Shown here one piece after another: positions 50,501 through 59,789 of a DNA stretch of 64,000 nt (position 1 is the first letter of the stretch; each line of letters starts with the position of its first letter). Below the pieces are notes generated by a model that was not told the DNA's origin, did no database searches, and saw only the letters and a program-made list of their open reading frames with translations. The position numbers and the translations under genes are program-made. The DNA lies in contig DIWB01000003.1 in NCBI GenBank assembly GCA_002428385.1, forward strand, positions 366 through 64,365, given 5' to 3'. This DNA is from Bacteroidales bacterium UBA6117. Its GTDB lineage: Bacteria; Bacteroidota; Bacteroidia; Bacteroidales; VadinHA17.

Positions 50501-52072
50501 GAGATTGAGGGTTAAATCAAATTCAGGCAGCTCATTGCTGAAGTCGAGCATTCCCAGCATATCCATCTTTATGTTCCTGTCGGAGATTTTTATGTTTCCG
50601 TCCCAGGTCTTTTCAGTGAAGATGCCATTGAGTGTAACATTCCTGTAAACATATTTGTTGACCTCAACACTATCTATTCTGCCCGTTAGTTTACCGGAAA
50701 TATTTGTTGCCGAAGTCGCATAACCGTCAACATCCGTTTCCATGGTAAGCTTGCCCAGCATTTCCTTGTTGTCAGTGAGAAGGCCCAGATCGACATTTTC
50801 ACCCCTTACCAGACCCCTGATTCTGAAGTTTCCCTTGCCCTCAGGCCTGAATGAGATGTCGGTTTTCAACGACCCGGCATCTGTCCCTATTTTGCCGTAT
50901 GTAACAAAATCGGTAGTGAAGCCGGTGAAACTTCCTGCAAATGAAATGTTGCCAAGCTTACCGATAGCATCCGGAAGTATCAGCGCTTTGCCATACCGGC
51001 GTATCATTTCCATATCAAGGGCATTGGTACTGAGGTTGCCTATGCTTATATGGATGAAGGTGTCCTTTATATCAGGCAGACCCGACATGTCAAAATCGCA
51101 TTCGAGCTTTGTGTAATCCCTGAATGCTGCCGTTATTTTTCTCCCGTTTATATCAGACACTGTTCCTGTTATTCTTCCCGATAATTCAATTGACTCCTTC
51201 AAGCCTCCTGCTGCCGGAAGAAAATATCTCAGATCCGAGGTACTTATCAGGGACTTTTCAAGAATGATGTCGAGCCTTGCATTTTCAGTGAAGTTTCCGA
51301 ATCCATCCGCTTCATCTCCCGAAAGGATAAGATGATTTGCATTTATTATTGAACTGTCGAGATACAGGAAGAGATCCCTGAACAGAATGTCTTTCCCGGC
51401 AAATGTCAGGTTGCTGTTCATGCTTCTGACAAGAAAGCCTTTCGATTCCCCGAACCGGATGTCGTTGATCTCAAGCACGGTCGAATCGCCGTGGATTCTG
51501 AAATCCTCAGCATCGCCGTTAATCCCCGACAGACGCAGATTGTTGAAATCGATAAGGGATTTACCGGGCTGATGCGTCCTGTTGAGAAGGGCAAATCTCC
51601 CGTCTTTTATTGTTATTTTATTAACAGAAAATCTTGTTTCTCCTTTCTTGACTGTATCCTCCGGTGTTTTTAGCATGTTGATATACCATGTGAGGTTCAT
51701 CATACCCGTTGTGTCAGTAATCAATGCAATTACAGGCTGATCGATATCCACATGGCCGAGCCTGATATTATTTCCTGCAAAGTCGAGCCTGAGAATGCCT
51801 GCAGATATCCTTTGTGAGTAGAGCATTGTATCGTTATTCTGGTCTTTTATGAGAAGATCGCTTAAAACCAGCTTGTTAAAGAAGGTGTATTCTACCCTGC
51901 CAACCGAGATTGTCGATTTTATTCTTTCCGAAAAATGACCGGTTATCCTGTTCACCATGAACGTCTGGACCTCAGGTACACGCAGAACAATGGACGCCAG
52001 GGTCGGCACCAGAAGGATGATGCCAAACAGTATCATAAGATACTTAAATGATTTTTTAATACTTTTGAGCAT
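47591..52072 (-). CDS. tamB: TamB/AsmA-like translocation and assembly module protein
   Basis: 1493 aa with one N-terminal TM anchor, a long beta-rich body, and a DUF490-like C-terminus (...LRFKVFNRYNNPY...GLGFSLRQDF). Confidence 0.8.
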   Translation of the reverse strand: MLKSIKKSFKYLMILFGIILLVPTLASIVLRVPEVQTFMVNRITGHFSERIKSTISVGRVEYTFFNKLVLSDLLIKDQNNDTMLYSQRISAGILRLDFAGNNIRLGHVDIDQPVIALITDTTGMMNLTWYINMLKTPEDTVKKGETRFSVNKITIKDGRFALLNRTHQPGKSLIDFNNLRLSGINGDAEDFRIHGDSTVLEINDIRFGESKGFLVRSMNSNLTFAGKDILFRDLFLYLDSSIINANHLILSGDEADGFGNFTENARLDIILEKSLISTSDLRYFLPAAGGLKESIELSGRITGTVSDINGRKITAAFRDYTKLECDFDMSGLPDIKDTFIHISIGNLSTNALDMEMIRRYGKALILPDAIGKLGNISFAGSFTGFTTDFVTYGKIGTDAGSLKTDISFRPEGKGNFRIRGLVRGENVDLGLLTDNKEMLGKLTMETDVDGYATSATNISGKLTGRIDSVEVNKYVYRNVTLNGIFTEKTWDGNIKISDRNIKMDMLGMLDFSNELPEFDLTLNLAESNLYRLNFDKRDTTAGLSMLATANFRGNNIDNLFGEIRLLNSTIKKYGNKLDLYDFTLKAFNEGGKPALSVKTDFVDADLRGYYKFGEIGLVLKSALATLLPSKFSAPELSGGLSANEFTYNVRFRNTDKLNNFFKTGLLLSEKSTMSGSFYRDSLITMSADAGKLVFRNNTFSNFSLKALYSESAFMADMRSTSLLVLGRADLKEFRAGFNAGSDEFNFDLDWNDRIGKISKGSFISRGSFIPRDDGRTGSFLRIDIDSTDVTTSKKTWTVRKSSIIIDSASTTINRFVVSSGAHSYIADGSVSGNQNDTLKLLFNGIDLSPLNSPAKQAENAGKEPLLLDIRGIVNGNIVISSALKDPLIQSDLSIAGFSILSGNYGDVSVISRWNSQKKVADLSARNNLNGLRNFDLSGFYDPGIKQFLIDGVASNLPVHALNPLLSFFASDIKGTVSGRVKVTGAPGELVLTGSLMPENTSLKIDYLQTRYSINDSIRFDRRGIRFRNTGITDEEGNSAILTGAVYHKSFKDFAVDLTINMDKNDCLVLNTSQGDNELFYGTAYVSGVTTIKSGPNSLSFDISARTGSGTSFFIPLNSGMSVSESSFVTFINHDSAMMAKGKDLKAAATTSAGSTLELNFDLDVTPDAEVQLLIDPKAGDVIRGKGSGRLNISLNRKGEFKIFGDYTIEEGDYLFTLKNILNKKFEVEKGGKISFNGNIESAEIDLTAKYRNIKTSLSPILFPILQDPKYEARIPVEPQLNLSGNLFNPVVGFNIYLPNADEETRTYLRNAITTEEEKSKQFIYLLVMNSFYADPSYRASSGFTGTGTSAMAVTTTEMLSNQLSNWLSQISNDFDVGFLYTPGTKDLSSQQLQVALSTQLLNDKVTINGNFDVTGTETEETPLIGDFDIEYRLTEKLRFKVFNRYNNPYTGKGAPYTQGLGFSLRQDFNKLTDIFKKKPPSEFRKEEEVTAEE

Positions 52073-52132
52073 TAAATGCCTGAACGTTCGGGTTTCAAAA
52101 TAACCTAAAATATCCGGAAAATCAAAGGAAGC

Positions 52133-53143
52133 ATGGCGGTTACAATACTGGCGATAGAATCATCCTGCGATGATACCTCTGCGGCTGTCATAAGGGACGG
52201 CTATATACTCTCGAACCTTATAGCAGGACAGGACATACACATGTCGTACGGGGGCGTTGTACCCGAGCTTGCTTCCAGGGCTCATCAAGCAAATATTGTG
52301 CCAGTTGTGGATCAGGCGCTTAAAAAGGCTGAAGCCGATCTTGCTGAAATTGATGCGGTTGCATTTACCCGGGGACCCGGGTTGCTTGGATCGTTGCTTG
52401 TTGGCGCCTCCTTCGCAAAAGGATTTGCCCTTGCAAGAAATATTCCTCTCATCGAGGTGAATCACCTTCAGGCTCATGTTCTTGTGCATTTCATCCTGGC
52501 AAGGGACGGCAGGAACAGGCTTCCTGACTTTCCTTTCCTTTGCCTTCTTGTCTCCGGCGGACATACAAGGCTGATTGTGATGAAGAGCCATCTCGAAATG
52601 GAAATAATCGGAAACACAATTGATGATGCTGCAGGTGAAGCTTTCGACAAGTGCGGGAAACTCATGGACCTCCCGTATCCGGCTGGTCCGATGATTGATA
52701 AGCTTGCGGCACAAGGTAATAAGAAGGCATTTGTTTTTGCAAAACCCAAAGTAAAGGACCTCGATTTCAGCTTCAGCGGACTAAAAACAAGCTTTCTATA
52801 TTTTTTGCGCGACCGGATTAAAGAAGATCAACAGTTCATCGAAAAAAACAAAGCCGATTTGTGTGCCTCTCTCCAGGAAACTATTGTAAGCATTCTCATT
52901 TCAAAACTTGTGAAAGCCTCTCAACTGACTGGAATAACGGAGATTGGCATTGCCGGCGGAGTATCAGCTAATTCCGGGCTGAGAAACGGCCTTGTCAGGG
53001 AAGCATCGAGAAGGGGATGGAACCTTTATGTTCCTCCATTTTCTTATACAACTGATAATGCCGCGATGATCGGAATTACAGGATACTATAAATATCTGAG
53101 GGGAGAATTCGCAGGTCAGGATGTTTCCCCGCAGGCCAGTTAG
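52133..53143 (+). CDS. tsaD: tRNA N6-adenosine threonylcarbamoyltransferase
   Basis: ILAIESSCDDTSAAV, YGGVVPELASRAH, LLVSGGHT: the Kae1/TsaD signature. 336 aa. Confidence 0.95.
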   Translation: MAVTILAIESSCDDTSAAVIRDGYILSNLIAGQDIHMSYGGVVPELASRAHQANIVPVVDQALKKAEADLAEIDAVAFTRGPGLLGSLLVGASFAKGFALARNIPLIEVNHLQAHVLVHFILARDGRNRLPDFPFLCLLVSGGHTRLIVMKSHLEMEIIGNTIDDAAGEAFDKCGKLMDLPYPAGPMIDKLAAQGNKKAFVFAKPKVKDLDFSFSGLKTSFLYFLRDRIKEDQQFIEKNKADLCASLQETIVSILISKLVKASQLTGITEIGIAGGVSANSGLRNGLVREASRRGWNLYVPPFSYTTDNAAMIGITGYYKYLRGEFAGQDVSPQAS

Positions 53144-53221
53144 GACATAAATCGATCTCAGCACTGGCTACTTTGTCCGTAACGCTTTACAATAAGGGGC
53201 TAATGTTCCCGTTAATTCAGC

Positions 53222-53596
53222 ATGAATGAATTGAGGATAGAGGCTACCAGAAGTTCACCAGAGATACTGTTGAATCCGGGAGGGAAGATCAGGATCAAGG
53301 GCCGGTCCATTCATGAAAACACACTGGATTTCTATAAACCTGTAGAGGTTTGGATTGACACCTACGTTCTTGAGCCTGCTGAGGTTACATGCATAGACAT
53401 GAATCTTGAATACTTCAACAGTGCAAGCGCCAAGATCATGATACAAATCTTTCAGAAAATCTCCCGCGTCAGGCTGCTTAACAAGAAATTCATAGTAAAC
53501 TGGTACTATGAAGAAGGGGATGAGGATATTTATGAAAGAGGTGAGTATTTTTCATCCGTCCTTCATATGCCTTTCAATTTCATTAAAACAGCCTGA
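53222..53596 (+). CDS. DUF1987 / SiaC-like small protein
   Basis: 124 aa. GKIRIKGRSIHENTLDFYKPVEVWIDTY ... LEYFNSASAKIMIQIF ... VNWYYEEGDEDIYERGE fits my memory of the DUF1987 pattern. Confidence 0.6.
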   Translation: MNELRIEATRSSPEILLNPGGKIRIKGRSIHENTLDFYKPVEVWIDTYVLEPAEVTCIDMNLEYFNSASAKIMIQIFQKISRVRLLNKKFIVNWYYEEGDEDIYERGEYFSSVLHMPFNFIKTA

Positions 53597-53608
53597 TTAA
53601 CAGGCTGT
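53588..53608. terminator. Hairpin between the convergent DUF1987 and serpin genes
   Basis: ACAGCCTG-attaa-CAGGCTGT perfect 8-bp stem overlapping the DUF1987 stop codon. The flanking A/T runs are weak. Confidence 0.5.
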
Positions 53609-53633
53609 CTTAGTTCTAACTTCCATCACGTAT

Positions 53634-54887
53634 TCAGTTCACGGAGGGATCGCTTACCCTTCCCACGAATAATATTGAATTGGTTGATGTTTCCCTGATT
53701 ATATACAAAAACGGATGATCCATTCTGAATTCAAGGGGTGGAGGAGGCATTGAGGTCGTTCCAACTGTTACCACTGTTGCTGCTGCAGCTTCAGTACCTT
53801 CCTCATTTGTTTCGATGAAGGTCTGATGTGCGACATCATTTAGCAGAAGATCATACTGTTCTGAGATATTTGAAAAATCAGCAAACTCAGTGAAAGCAAT
53901 TCCCATTCCCATATCCGAGAGTATGTCCTTAAGGGTTCTCTTGTACCCGTATTTGAATCTCGGGAAGGTTACTTCGATCTCCTGTTCGGTCATCTGATTT
54001 ACCCACAGCTGATAATCGCTGCTGTTAATGAGAGCAAGTGTGCTGTTCAATCCTTCCTTATCGTCGGGCAGAATTACATCCATCACATAGTTGCCCTGTC
54101 CATACGGAAATTCGGCAATTTTGAAGCCGTCTCCTGCAAATACCTTAAAGTCTTTCTTCTGCTTCATCATCGGTACTGTTACCTGTGAGCTTCCTGTTTT
54201 GAAGAAAGCTTCATCAACGGTTTTGGATTCATCAAACTGAAGTTTCCATTGCCCCTTGAAGTAGATTGCATTGATCAGCAGCATTACAGTGTTATCCGGA
54301 AGCTCGCTTATCATTTCTTTTATCAGTCCGTTGGTTTTTTCTTCGATCCAGCTATTCATCAGTCCGGGCGCCGACGGATCCCCGATGTCAAATGCCTTCG
54401 ACTCGGCATCATAGTAACTGGTAAGCACATCGATGAAAGCCTTTTTTACTTCGAAATCATCTTCTGTCCATACCGAGTTGGCTATTGATATCAGTACCCG
54501 CTTGTCAATATTGAGCAGTGCGCTTGTAAGCGCCTTGTATGATTTATTAAGCGTTTCCTGGTCGATGCCGCTGATCCTGAGAGCTTCCTGCATCGCATCC
54601 CTTGTTTCACCTGTTGCACCGTTTATCGTCATGGAAAGTGCATATGAAATACTCAGGGGAGAGATCATTACATTCTGAACAGGTGTCGCGTTTTCAATAA
54701 CATTACCGAAGATGTCGAACGCGAACTCATTTCCTGATTCAATAATAATGGCCTGAGCTTCAGTCAGGTCGATGGGTACGGGATCAGTGACCGGATCATC
54801 CTCTTTCTTGCTGCATGACAGCAAAAACAGCATTATTATAAGGATGAAGGCTGGTGATGTGATTTTGATATTCGTCTTCATAATCAT
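53634..54887 (-). CDS. Serpin-family protease inhibitor, lipoprotein
   Basis: Hinge and reactive-centre loop NEEGTEAAAATVVTVGTTSMPPPP followed by FRMDHPFLYIIRE. The lipobox LFLLSC is reached from ATG 54887 (MIMKTNIK...); the track start 54989 adds an unlikely leader. Confidence 0.85.
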   Translation of the reverse strand: MIMKTNIKITSPAFILIIMLFLLSCSKKEDDPVTDPVPIDLTEAQAIIIESGNEFAFDIFGNVIENATPVQNVMISPLSISYALSMTINGATGETRDAMQEALRISGIDQETLNKSYKALTSALLNIDKRVLISIANSVWTEDDFEVKKAFIDVLTSYYDAESKAFDIGDPSAPGLMNSWIEEKTNGLIKEMISELPDNTVMLLINAIYFKGQWKLQFDESKTVDEAFFKTGSSQVTVPMMKQKKDFKVFAGDGFKIAEFPYGQGNYVMDVILPDDKEGLNSTLALINSSDYQLWVNQMTEQEIEVTFPRFKYGYKRTLKDILSDMGMGIAFTEFADFSNISEQYDLLLNDVAHQTFIETNEEGTEAAAATVVTVGTTSMPPPPLEFRMDHPFLYIIRETSTNSILFVGRVSDPSVN

Positions 54888-55016
54888 TCGATTTTGATTA
54901 ATACTGTTATGTCGTATGGTTCCGCAAGGCTTCTTGTACAAAAATGGAATCATTAACATATAACGATTTTGAATGACGTTTTGTGACAAAATATGGTCAA
55001 AAATCGTGCCGCCGGG

Positions 55017-55577
55017 TTACTTTTTTCTTTTTTGTTTCCGGTTGGCGTCGATGTACGCCTTGAGATAGATACCGGAGACAGTCAGGAGTATGAGACTCAA
55101 AATAAGAAGAACTATGAAGGAAAAAGTAGTGGTTTTTTCAGTTCCGGGGATTGGATCCCTGAGCCTCAGCACGTATCCCAGGATTGCAAAAAAGAAGATT
55201 GTAAGTGAAACTGCAAAGGCAAAAACAGCCGAAGTCAGATTGAATATCCTGGTTGATTTGTAATACTTGCTGTTTTTGAATTGATTGAATGAGCTTCTGG
55301 CGTAGTACTGTGCACGCTGGCGCGACCGGTCCTGCCTGTATTTTCTCCACTCCTCAACTACCCTGAAATAGTCCTGATCATCAAGTTGTCCCTTACCGTG
55401 GTTTGCCAGAAGGAAATCATAGGCCTCAGTCGCTTCAATGAACTTTTCCTTTGCTCCCGGAGTCTGGCTTATGTCAGGATGATACAACCTTGCTTTCTTT
55501 CTGTAAGCTTTCCTGATGTCCTCAAGCGATGAATTCATCGGGATGCCAAGTATGTCGTAATATTCAGATATGAGCAT
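55017..55577 (-). CDS. J-domain (DnaJ-like) membrane protein
   Basis: N-terminal J-domain YDILGIPMNSSLEDIRKAYRKKARLYHPD with the HPD triad, and two C-terminal TM helices. Confidence 0.8.
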   Translation of the reverse strand: MLISEYYDILGIPMNSSLEDIRKAYRKKARLYHPDISQTPGAKEKFIEATEAYDFLLANHGKGQLDDQDYFRVVEEWRKYRQDRSRQRAQYYARSSFNQFKNSKYYKSTRIFNLTSAVFAFAVSLTIFFFAILGYVLRLRDPIPGTEKTTTFSFIVLLILSLILLTVSGIYLKAYIDANRKQKRKK

Positions 55578-55678
55578 TCACGGAGAGTTGAAGAGTTACT
55601 TTATACCTGCTTTTGCACAGGTTTGCCGGGTTTATCCTTTTTCGGGATTCCCGGTGAATGACAGTCCGGCCGGGATTT

Positions 55679-56251
55679 TTATACTATTCCTGTAAATCCC
55701 ATGAAGGCCAGGGCGAGAATACCTGCTGTAACCAGTGAGATGGGAACACCTTTCATCCCCTTGGGGATATCAACGAGTTCAAACTGTTCCCTTAAGCCTG
55801 CCAGAATGATTAAGGCCAGTCCGAAACCAAGCGCGGTAGCTGCTGAGTAAACAACCCCTTCGAGAAGATTGTAATCTTTCTTTATAACCAGGATTGCAAC
55901 TCCGAGAACAGCACAGTTTGTTGTGATCAGGGGCAGGAAAATGCCGAGGGCCTGGTAAAGTGACCTGCTGATCTTCTTAAGAACTATTTCCACCATCTGA
56001 ACCAATGCTGCAATCACGAGTATGAAGGTGATGGTTTGCATGAAGGCAATGCCAAGTTTGTTGAGAACATAAACCTGGATGAGGTATGTTACAATCGTGG
56101 CAAGCACCATTACGAAAGTTACTGCGGCTGACATGCCCAGAGCGGTGTTGACTTTGGTTGATACTCCAAGAAAAGGGCACACCCCGAGAAACTGCGCCAG
56201 TACGATGTTGTTTACCAGGAGGGCTGAAATTATTATCAGTATGTATTCCAT
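55679..56251 (-). CDS. rnfA: Rnf complex subunit A
   Basis: LVNNIVLAQFLGVCPFLGVS N-terminus, six TM segments, 190 aa. Confidence 0.9.
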   Translation of the reverse strand: MEYILIIISALLVNNIVLAQFLGVCPFLGVSTKVNTALGMSAAVTFVMVLATIVTYLIQVYVLNKLGIAFMQTITFILVIAALVQMVEIVLKKISRSLYQALGIFLPLITTNCAVLGVAILVIKKDYNLLEGVVYSAATALGFGLALIILAGLREQFELVDIPKGMKGVPISLVTAGILALAFMGFTGIV

Positions 56252-56263
56252 CGGATTGTAGGT

Positions 56264-56845
56264 TTAGTTCTGCCTGATCTTATTTACAAGAGCTATCATG
56301 TATCCAAGGGCTATAAAGGCTCCTGGAGCAAGAATGAAAACAAGGATGCCGTCGCCCTGAATGAACTTATGCCCGAAAATAGCGCCGCTTCCGAGGATTT
56401 CCCGGAAGGCTCCCAGTATGCCCAGGGCAAGAGTGAATCCCAGCCCCATCCCGGCCCCGTCGATAAGCGATGACCATACTGAGTTCTTGCTGGCAAATGC
56501 CTCGGCACGGCCAAGCACAATACAGTTTACCACTATCAGGGGAATAAAAATGCCCAGGGTTTTGTAGAGATCCGGTACGTATGCCTGCATTACCAGGTCA
56601 ACAACTGTCACAAATGAGGCAATAACCACAATGAACGCCGGTATCCTGACCTTGTCGGGGATCATCTTTGACAACAGCGATATAACTACATTTGATCCTA
56701 TCAGAACAAATGTTGTCGCAAGCCCCATGCTCATCCCATTTATCGAAGAGGATGTTGTAGCCAGTGTCGGGCAGGTGCCCAGAACCATTACAAGAATGGG
56801 ATTCTCCTTCAGTAGTCCTTTCGTAAAATTTTGAAGCTGATTCAT
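56264..56845 (-). CDS. rnfE: Rnf complex subunit E
   Basis: ENPILVMVLGTCPTLATTSS motif, 193 aa, paralogous to RnfA. Confidence 0.9.
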   Translation of the reverse strand: MNQLQNFTKGLLKENPILVMVLGTCPTLATTSSSINGMSMGLATTFVLIGSNVVISLLSKMIPDKVRIPAFIVVIASFVTVVDLVMQAYVPDLYKTLGIFIPLIVVNCIVLGRAEAFASKNSVWSSLIDGAGMGLGFTLALGILGAFREILGSGAIFGHKFIQGDGILVFILAPGAFIALGYMIALVNKIRQN

Positions 56846-57417
56846 TTTTTTTCTCCTTTCTGAAGCGTGTTATAAGCTCTCTGAACTGCATCGCAGAATG
56901 CCCTTGAGCTGATTGTGGCTGCCGTGATGGCATCAACAGGGCCTCCGTCCTTTGTTACACTAAGTCTGAAATCCGCAGGGTTCTTATTATTGAACTGATC
57001 CTTGAATTCAGGTTCTGTCATCTTTGTTCCAAGCCCAGGGGTTTCCTTATGCTCCAGGACGGTTACATTTATTATCGTCCCGTCGGGCTTGAAACCTGCC
57101 ATCAGGGTTATGTTTCCGCTAAATCCTTTGTTTGTATAAGTATTTACCGCGTAGCCAATGATCTCATTGTCTTTTTTTGCAGGGTAAACCTCAAGACTGT
57201 CTCCTTCGCCGGTGGGAAGAAGGAACATTTCATCGTTGGGGTTATTGGTGAATTCAGGAACAACCTGCTTTATGGCATTTAGCTTCTTATTAAGGTTCGA
57301 CAGGGCAATGGGTTCCTTTGTCATTTCATAAACAAACCCCAGCAACGCTGATGATAACATAGCAATAAGCGTAAGCGAAACCGCCATGTTCCTGAAAGTC
57401 GATTCAGTCTTAGCCAT
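56842..57417 (-). CDS. rnfG: Rnf complex subunit G (FMN-binding)
   Basis: N-terminal anchor and the flavinylation motif DAITAATISSRA. Confidence 0.85.
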   Translation of the reverse strand: MAKTESTFRNMAVSLTLIAMLSSALLGFVYEMTKEPIALSNLNKKLNAIKQVVPEFTNNPNDEMFLLPTGEGDSLEVYPAKKDNEIIGYAVNTYTNKGFSGNITLMAGFKPDGTIINVTVLEHKETPGLGTKMTEPEFKDQFNNKNPADFRLSVTKDGGPVDAITAATISSRAFCDAVQRAYNTLQKGEKK

Positions 57418-58411
57418 TTTTTACCTCCTCCCCAAATCGCCTGGGTTTAATATAGGCATTCATCAAAGGGACAAATGCATTCATGATAAGTATAGCAAAT
57501 GATACACCCTCGGGATATGCCCCGTAGACGCGTATCACCACTGTTATTATTCCGATCCCGCATCCGTAGATTAGCATCGCCTTCGGCACCATGGGCGATG
57601 TAACGTAATCAGTGGCCATATAAATTGCTCCGAGAAGAACGCCTCCTGCAAGAATATGAAACATCGGATCGGCATTCTTTTCAGGATTTATAAGCCAAAG
57701 GATGCCTGTGAATACTGCAATGCTTCCGACAACAGCAACAGGAATATGCCATGTGATCACTTTCCTCAGAAGAAGCCAGACAAATCCGATAAGCAATGCC
57801 GCTGCAGCAACTTCGCCTATCGATCCTCCGATATCGCCGAGGAACATCTGTGCCGGTGAAGGCAGTTTTTCCATGATTTCAGGCAGCGATTGTCCACTTG
57901 CCAGCCCTTCCTTTAATATTGCAAGCGGTGTAGCACCTGTTACCGCATCCAGGTAACCAGTTCCCAGACCTTTGGGCACCGGCCATGTTGTCATCTGCAC
58001 GGGGAACGATATAAGCATAAAAACTCTTCCTACAAGAGCGGGGTTGAAAGGATTGTTTCCAAGTCCTCCGAAAGTCATCTTTGCAATTGCTATCGAAACA
58101 AAGCTCCCGATAACAATTATGAGCACCGGGATGTTTGAAGGAAGGTTAAAGGCAAGGAGAATACCTGTCACGAGCGCTGATCCGTCGGTAATGGAGACCG
58201 GTTTTTTAAGCACGAACCTCTGAATCAGATATTCGAACAGCAGGCAGGAAATAACGGATGTAGCTGTTACAATCAATGCCCCGATGCCAAAATAAAAAAC
58301 TGAGACAATGAACGCAGGGATAAGTGCAATTACAACATCGGTCATCAGCTTCCGGGTTGATTCCTTGCTGTGCGCATGGGGCGACGGGGCTATATTCAGC
58401 ATATTAGTCAT
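57410..58411 (-). CDS. rnfD: Rnf complex subunit D
   Basis: Polytopic membrane protein with the NqrB/RnfD motif GAIYMATDYVTSP. Confidence 0.9.
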   Translation of the reverse strand: MTNMLNIAPSPHAHSKESTRKLMTDVVIALIPAFIVSVFYFGIGALIVTATSVISCLLFEYLIQRFVLKKPVSITDGSALVTGILLAFNLPSNIPVLIIVIGSFVSIAIAKMTFGGLGNNPFNPALVGRVFMLISFPVQMTTWPVPKGLGTGYLDAVTGATPLAILKEGLASGQSLPEIMEKLPSPAQMFLGDIGGSIGEVAAAALLIGFVWLLLRKVITWHIPVAVVGSIAVFTGILWLINPEKNADPMFHILAGGVLLGAIYMATDYVTSPMVPKAMLIYGCGIGIITVVIRVYGAYPEGVSFAILIMNAFVPLMNAYIKPRRFGEEVKNG

Positions 58412-58429
58412 GGGTCAGATGAATTCTGT

Positions 58430-59764
58430 TTATTTTAATACTTTCTGGCGGGCCATTCGTATCACAGTTGACTTGCCGAGCCTGATGTAATCGAGAAGAG
58501 GCCTGCCGGCCGGACACGTAAAACTGCAGGAGCCGCACTCCATGCAATCGGTAATTCTTTCTTTTTCGGCACGTTCAAACATACTCCTCTCCGAGAGTGT
58601 CATCAGCAGGTAGGGCTCAAGGTGTATAGGACACACCGAAACACACCTTGCACACCTGATGCACGGATTGATTTCCTTCCTTACGGCCTCAGCGGCAGGT
58701 ACGAGAATTATGCCCGACATTCCCTTCACTACCGGGGCATCGGTGTTGCTCACAGCCTTGCCCATCATCGGTCCGCCGTTTATGATTTTTCCGGTGTCGT
58801 CCGGTATCCCGCCGACAGCTTCCAGAACCCGTGAAAGGGGAGTCCCTATCCGGATCATATAGTTGCCAGGCTTTGATACCGATTTCCCGGTAACAGTGAC
58901 AACCCTTTCTATAAGCGGCTTGTTTTTCTGAACCGCTTCATAAACGGCAAATGCAGTTCCTGTATTATGGACTACAGCTCCTACATCGACAGGCAGCCTG
59001 CCTGATGGAACTTCCCTGTTGATCAGGGCTTTTATAAGCTGTTTTTCCGCACCCTGAGGATATTTTACCTTAAGGGGGTGAACGGTAATGCCCGTGAAAG
59101 ATGAAGCAAGCGATGTCATTCGGGCTATTGCATCCGGCTTGTTGTTCTCGATGCCTATCATTGCCTTTTCAACCTTCAGGGCCTTCATCAGGATACTGGT
59201 GCCAACCAGTATTTCCTCTCCCTTTTCAAGCATCAGCCTGTGGTCGGAGGTAAGATAAGGTTCGCATTCCACTCCATTGATAATAAGTACATCACATTTC
59301 TTTCCCGAAGGAACGTTAAGCTTGATGTGCGAGGGGAAGGTGGCACCGCCCATTCCTACAATACCCGATTCAAAGCATTTTTTTATAATATCTTCCGCCG
59401 ACAGCATTATGTCCCTGACTATATTAGTGTTCCGGTCGATTGTGTCGAGCCATTCATCGCCTTCCACATCGATGAATACAGCTGTCTGCTTCAATCCGGA
59501 ACTGTCGGCGGCGGTATCAATCTTGCTTACCTTGCCTGAAACCGACGAGTGAACATTGGCCGATACGAATCCTTTGCCTTCTGCTATAAGCTGGCCGGTT
59601 TTTACCATGTCGCCTTTCGCAACAACGGGATTGGCAGGTGCGCCAATGTGCTGCGACAAAGGAATGACGACGTTCCCGGGAACCGGAAGATACTCAATCG
59701 GAATACCGGCTGTCAGCTTGTTCTCGGGTGGATGAACACCTCCTGTTGGGAATGTTTTGAGCAC
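58430..59764 (-). CDS. rnfC: Rnf complex subunit C
   Basis: NADH/FMN-binding-like core (GIVGMGGATFPS) and two clusters CIRCARCVSVCP and CMECGSCSFTCP. Confidence 0.9.
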   Translation of the reverse strand: MLKTFPTGGVHPPENKLTAGIPIEYLPVPGNVVIPLSQHIGAPANPVVAKGDMVKTGQLIAEGKGFVSANVHSSVSGKVSKIDTAADSSGLKQTAVFIDVEGDEWLDTIDRNTNIVRDIMLSAEDIIKKCFESGIVGMGGATFPSHIKLNVPSGKKCDVLIINGVECEPYLTSDHRLMLEKGEEILVGTSILMKALKVEKAMIGIENNKPDAIARMTSLASSFTGITVHPLKVKYPQGAEKQLIKALINREVPSGRLPVDVGAVVHNTGTAFAVYEAVQKNKPLIERVVTVTGKSVSKPGNYMIRIGTPLSRVLEAVGGIPDDTGKIINGGPMMGKAVSNTDAPVVKGMSGIILVPAAEAVRKEINPCIRCARCVSVCPIHLEPYLLMTLSERSMFERAEKERITDCMECGSCSFTCPAGRPLLDYIRLGKSTVIRMARQKVLK

Positions 59765-59789
59765 AATTATTCAGTTTAAATTGTCATTA

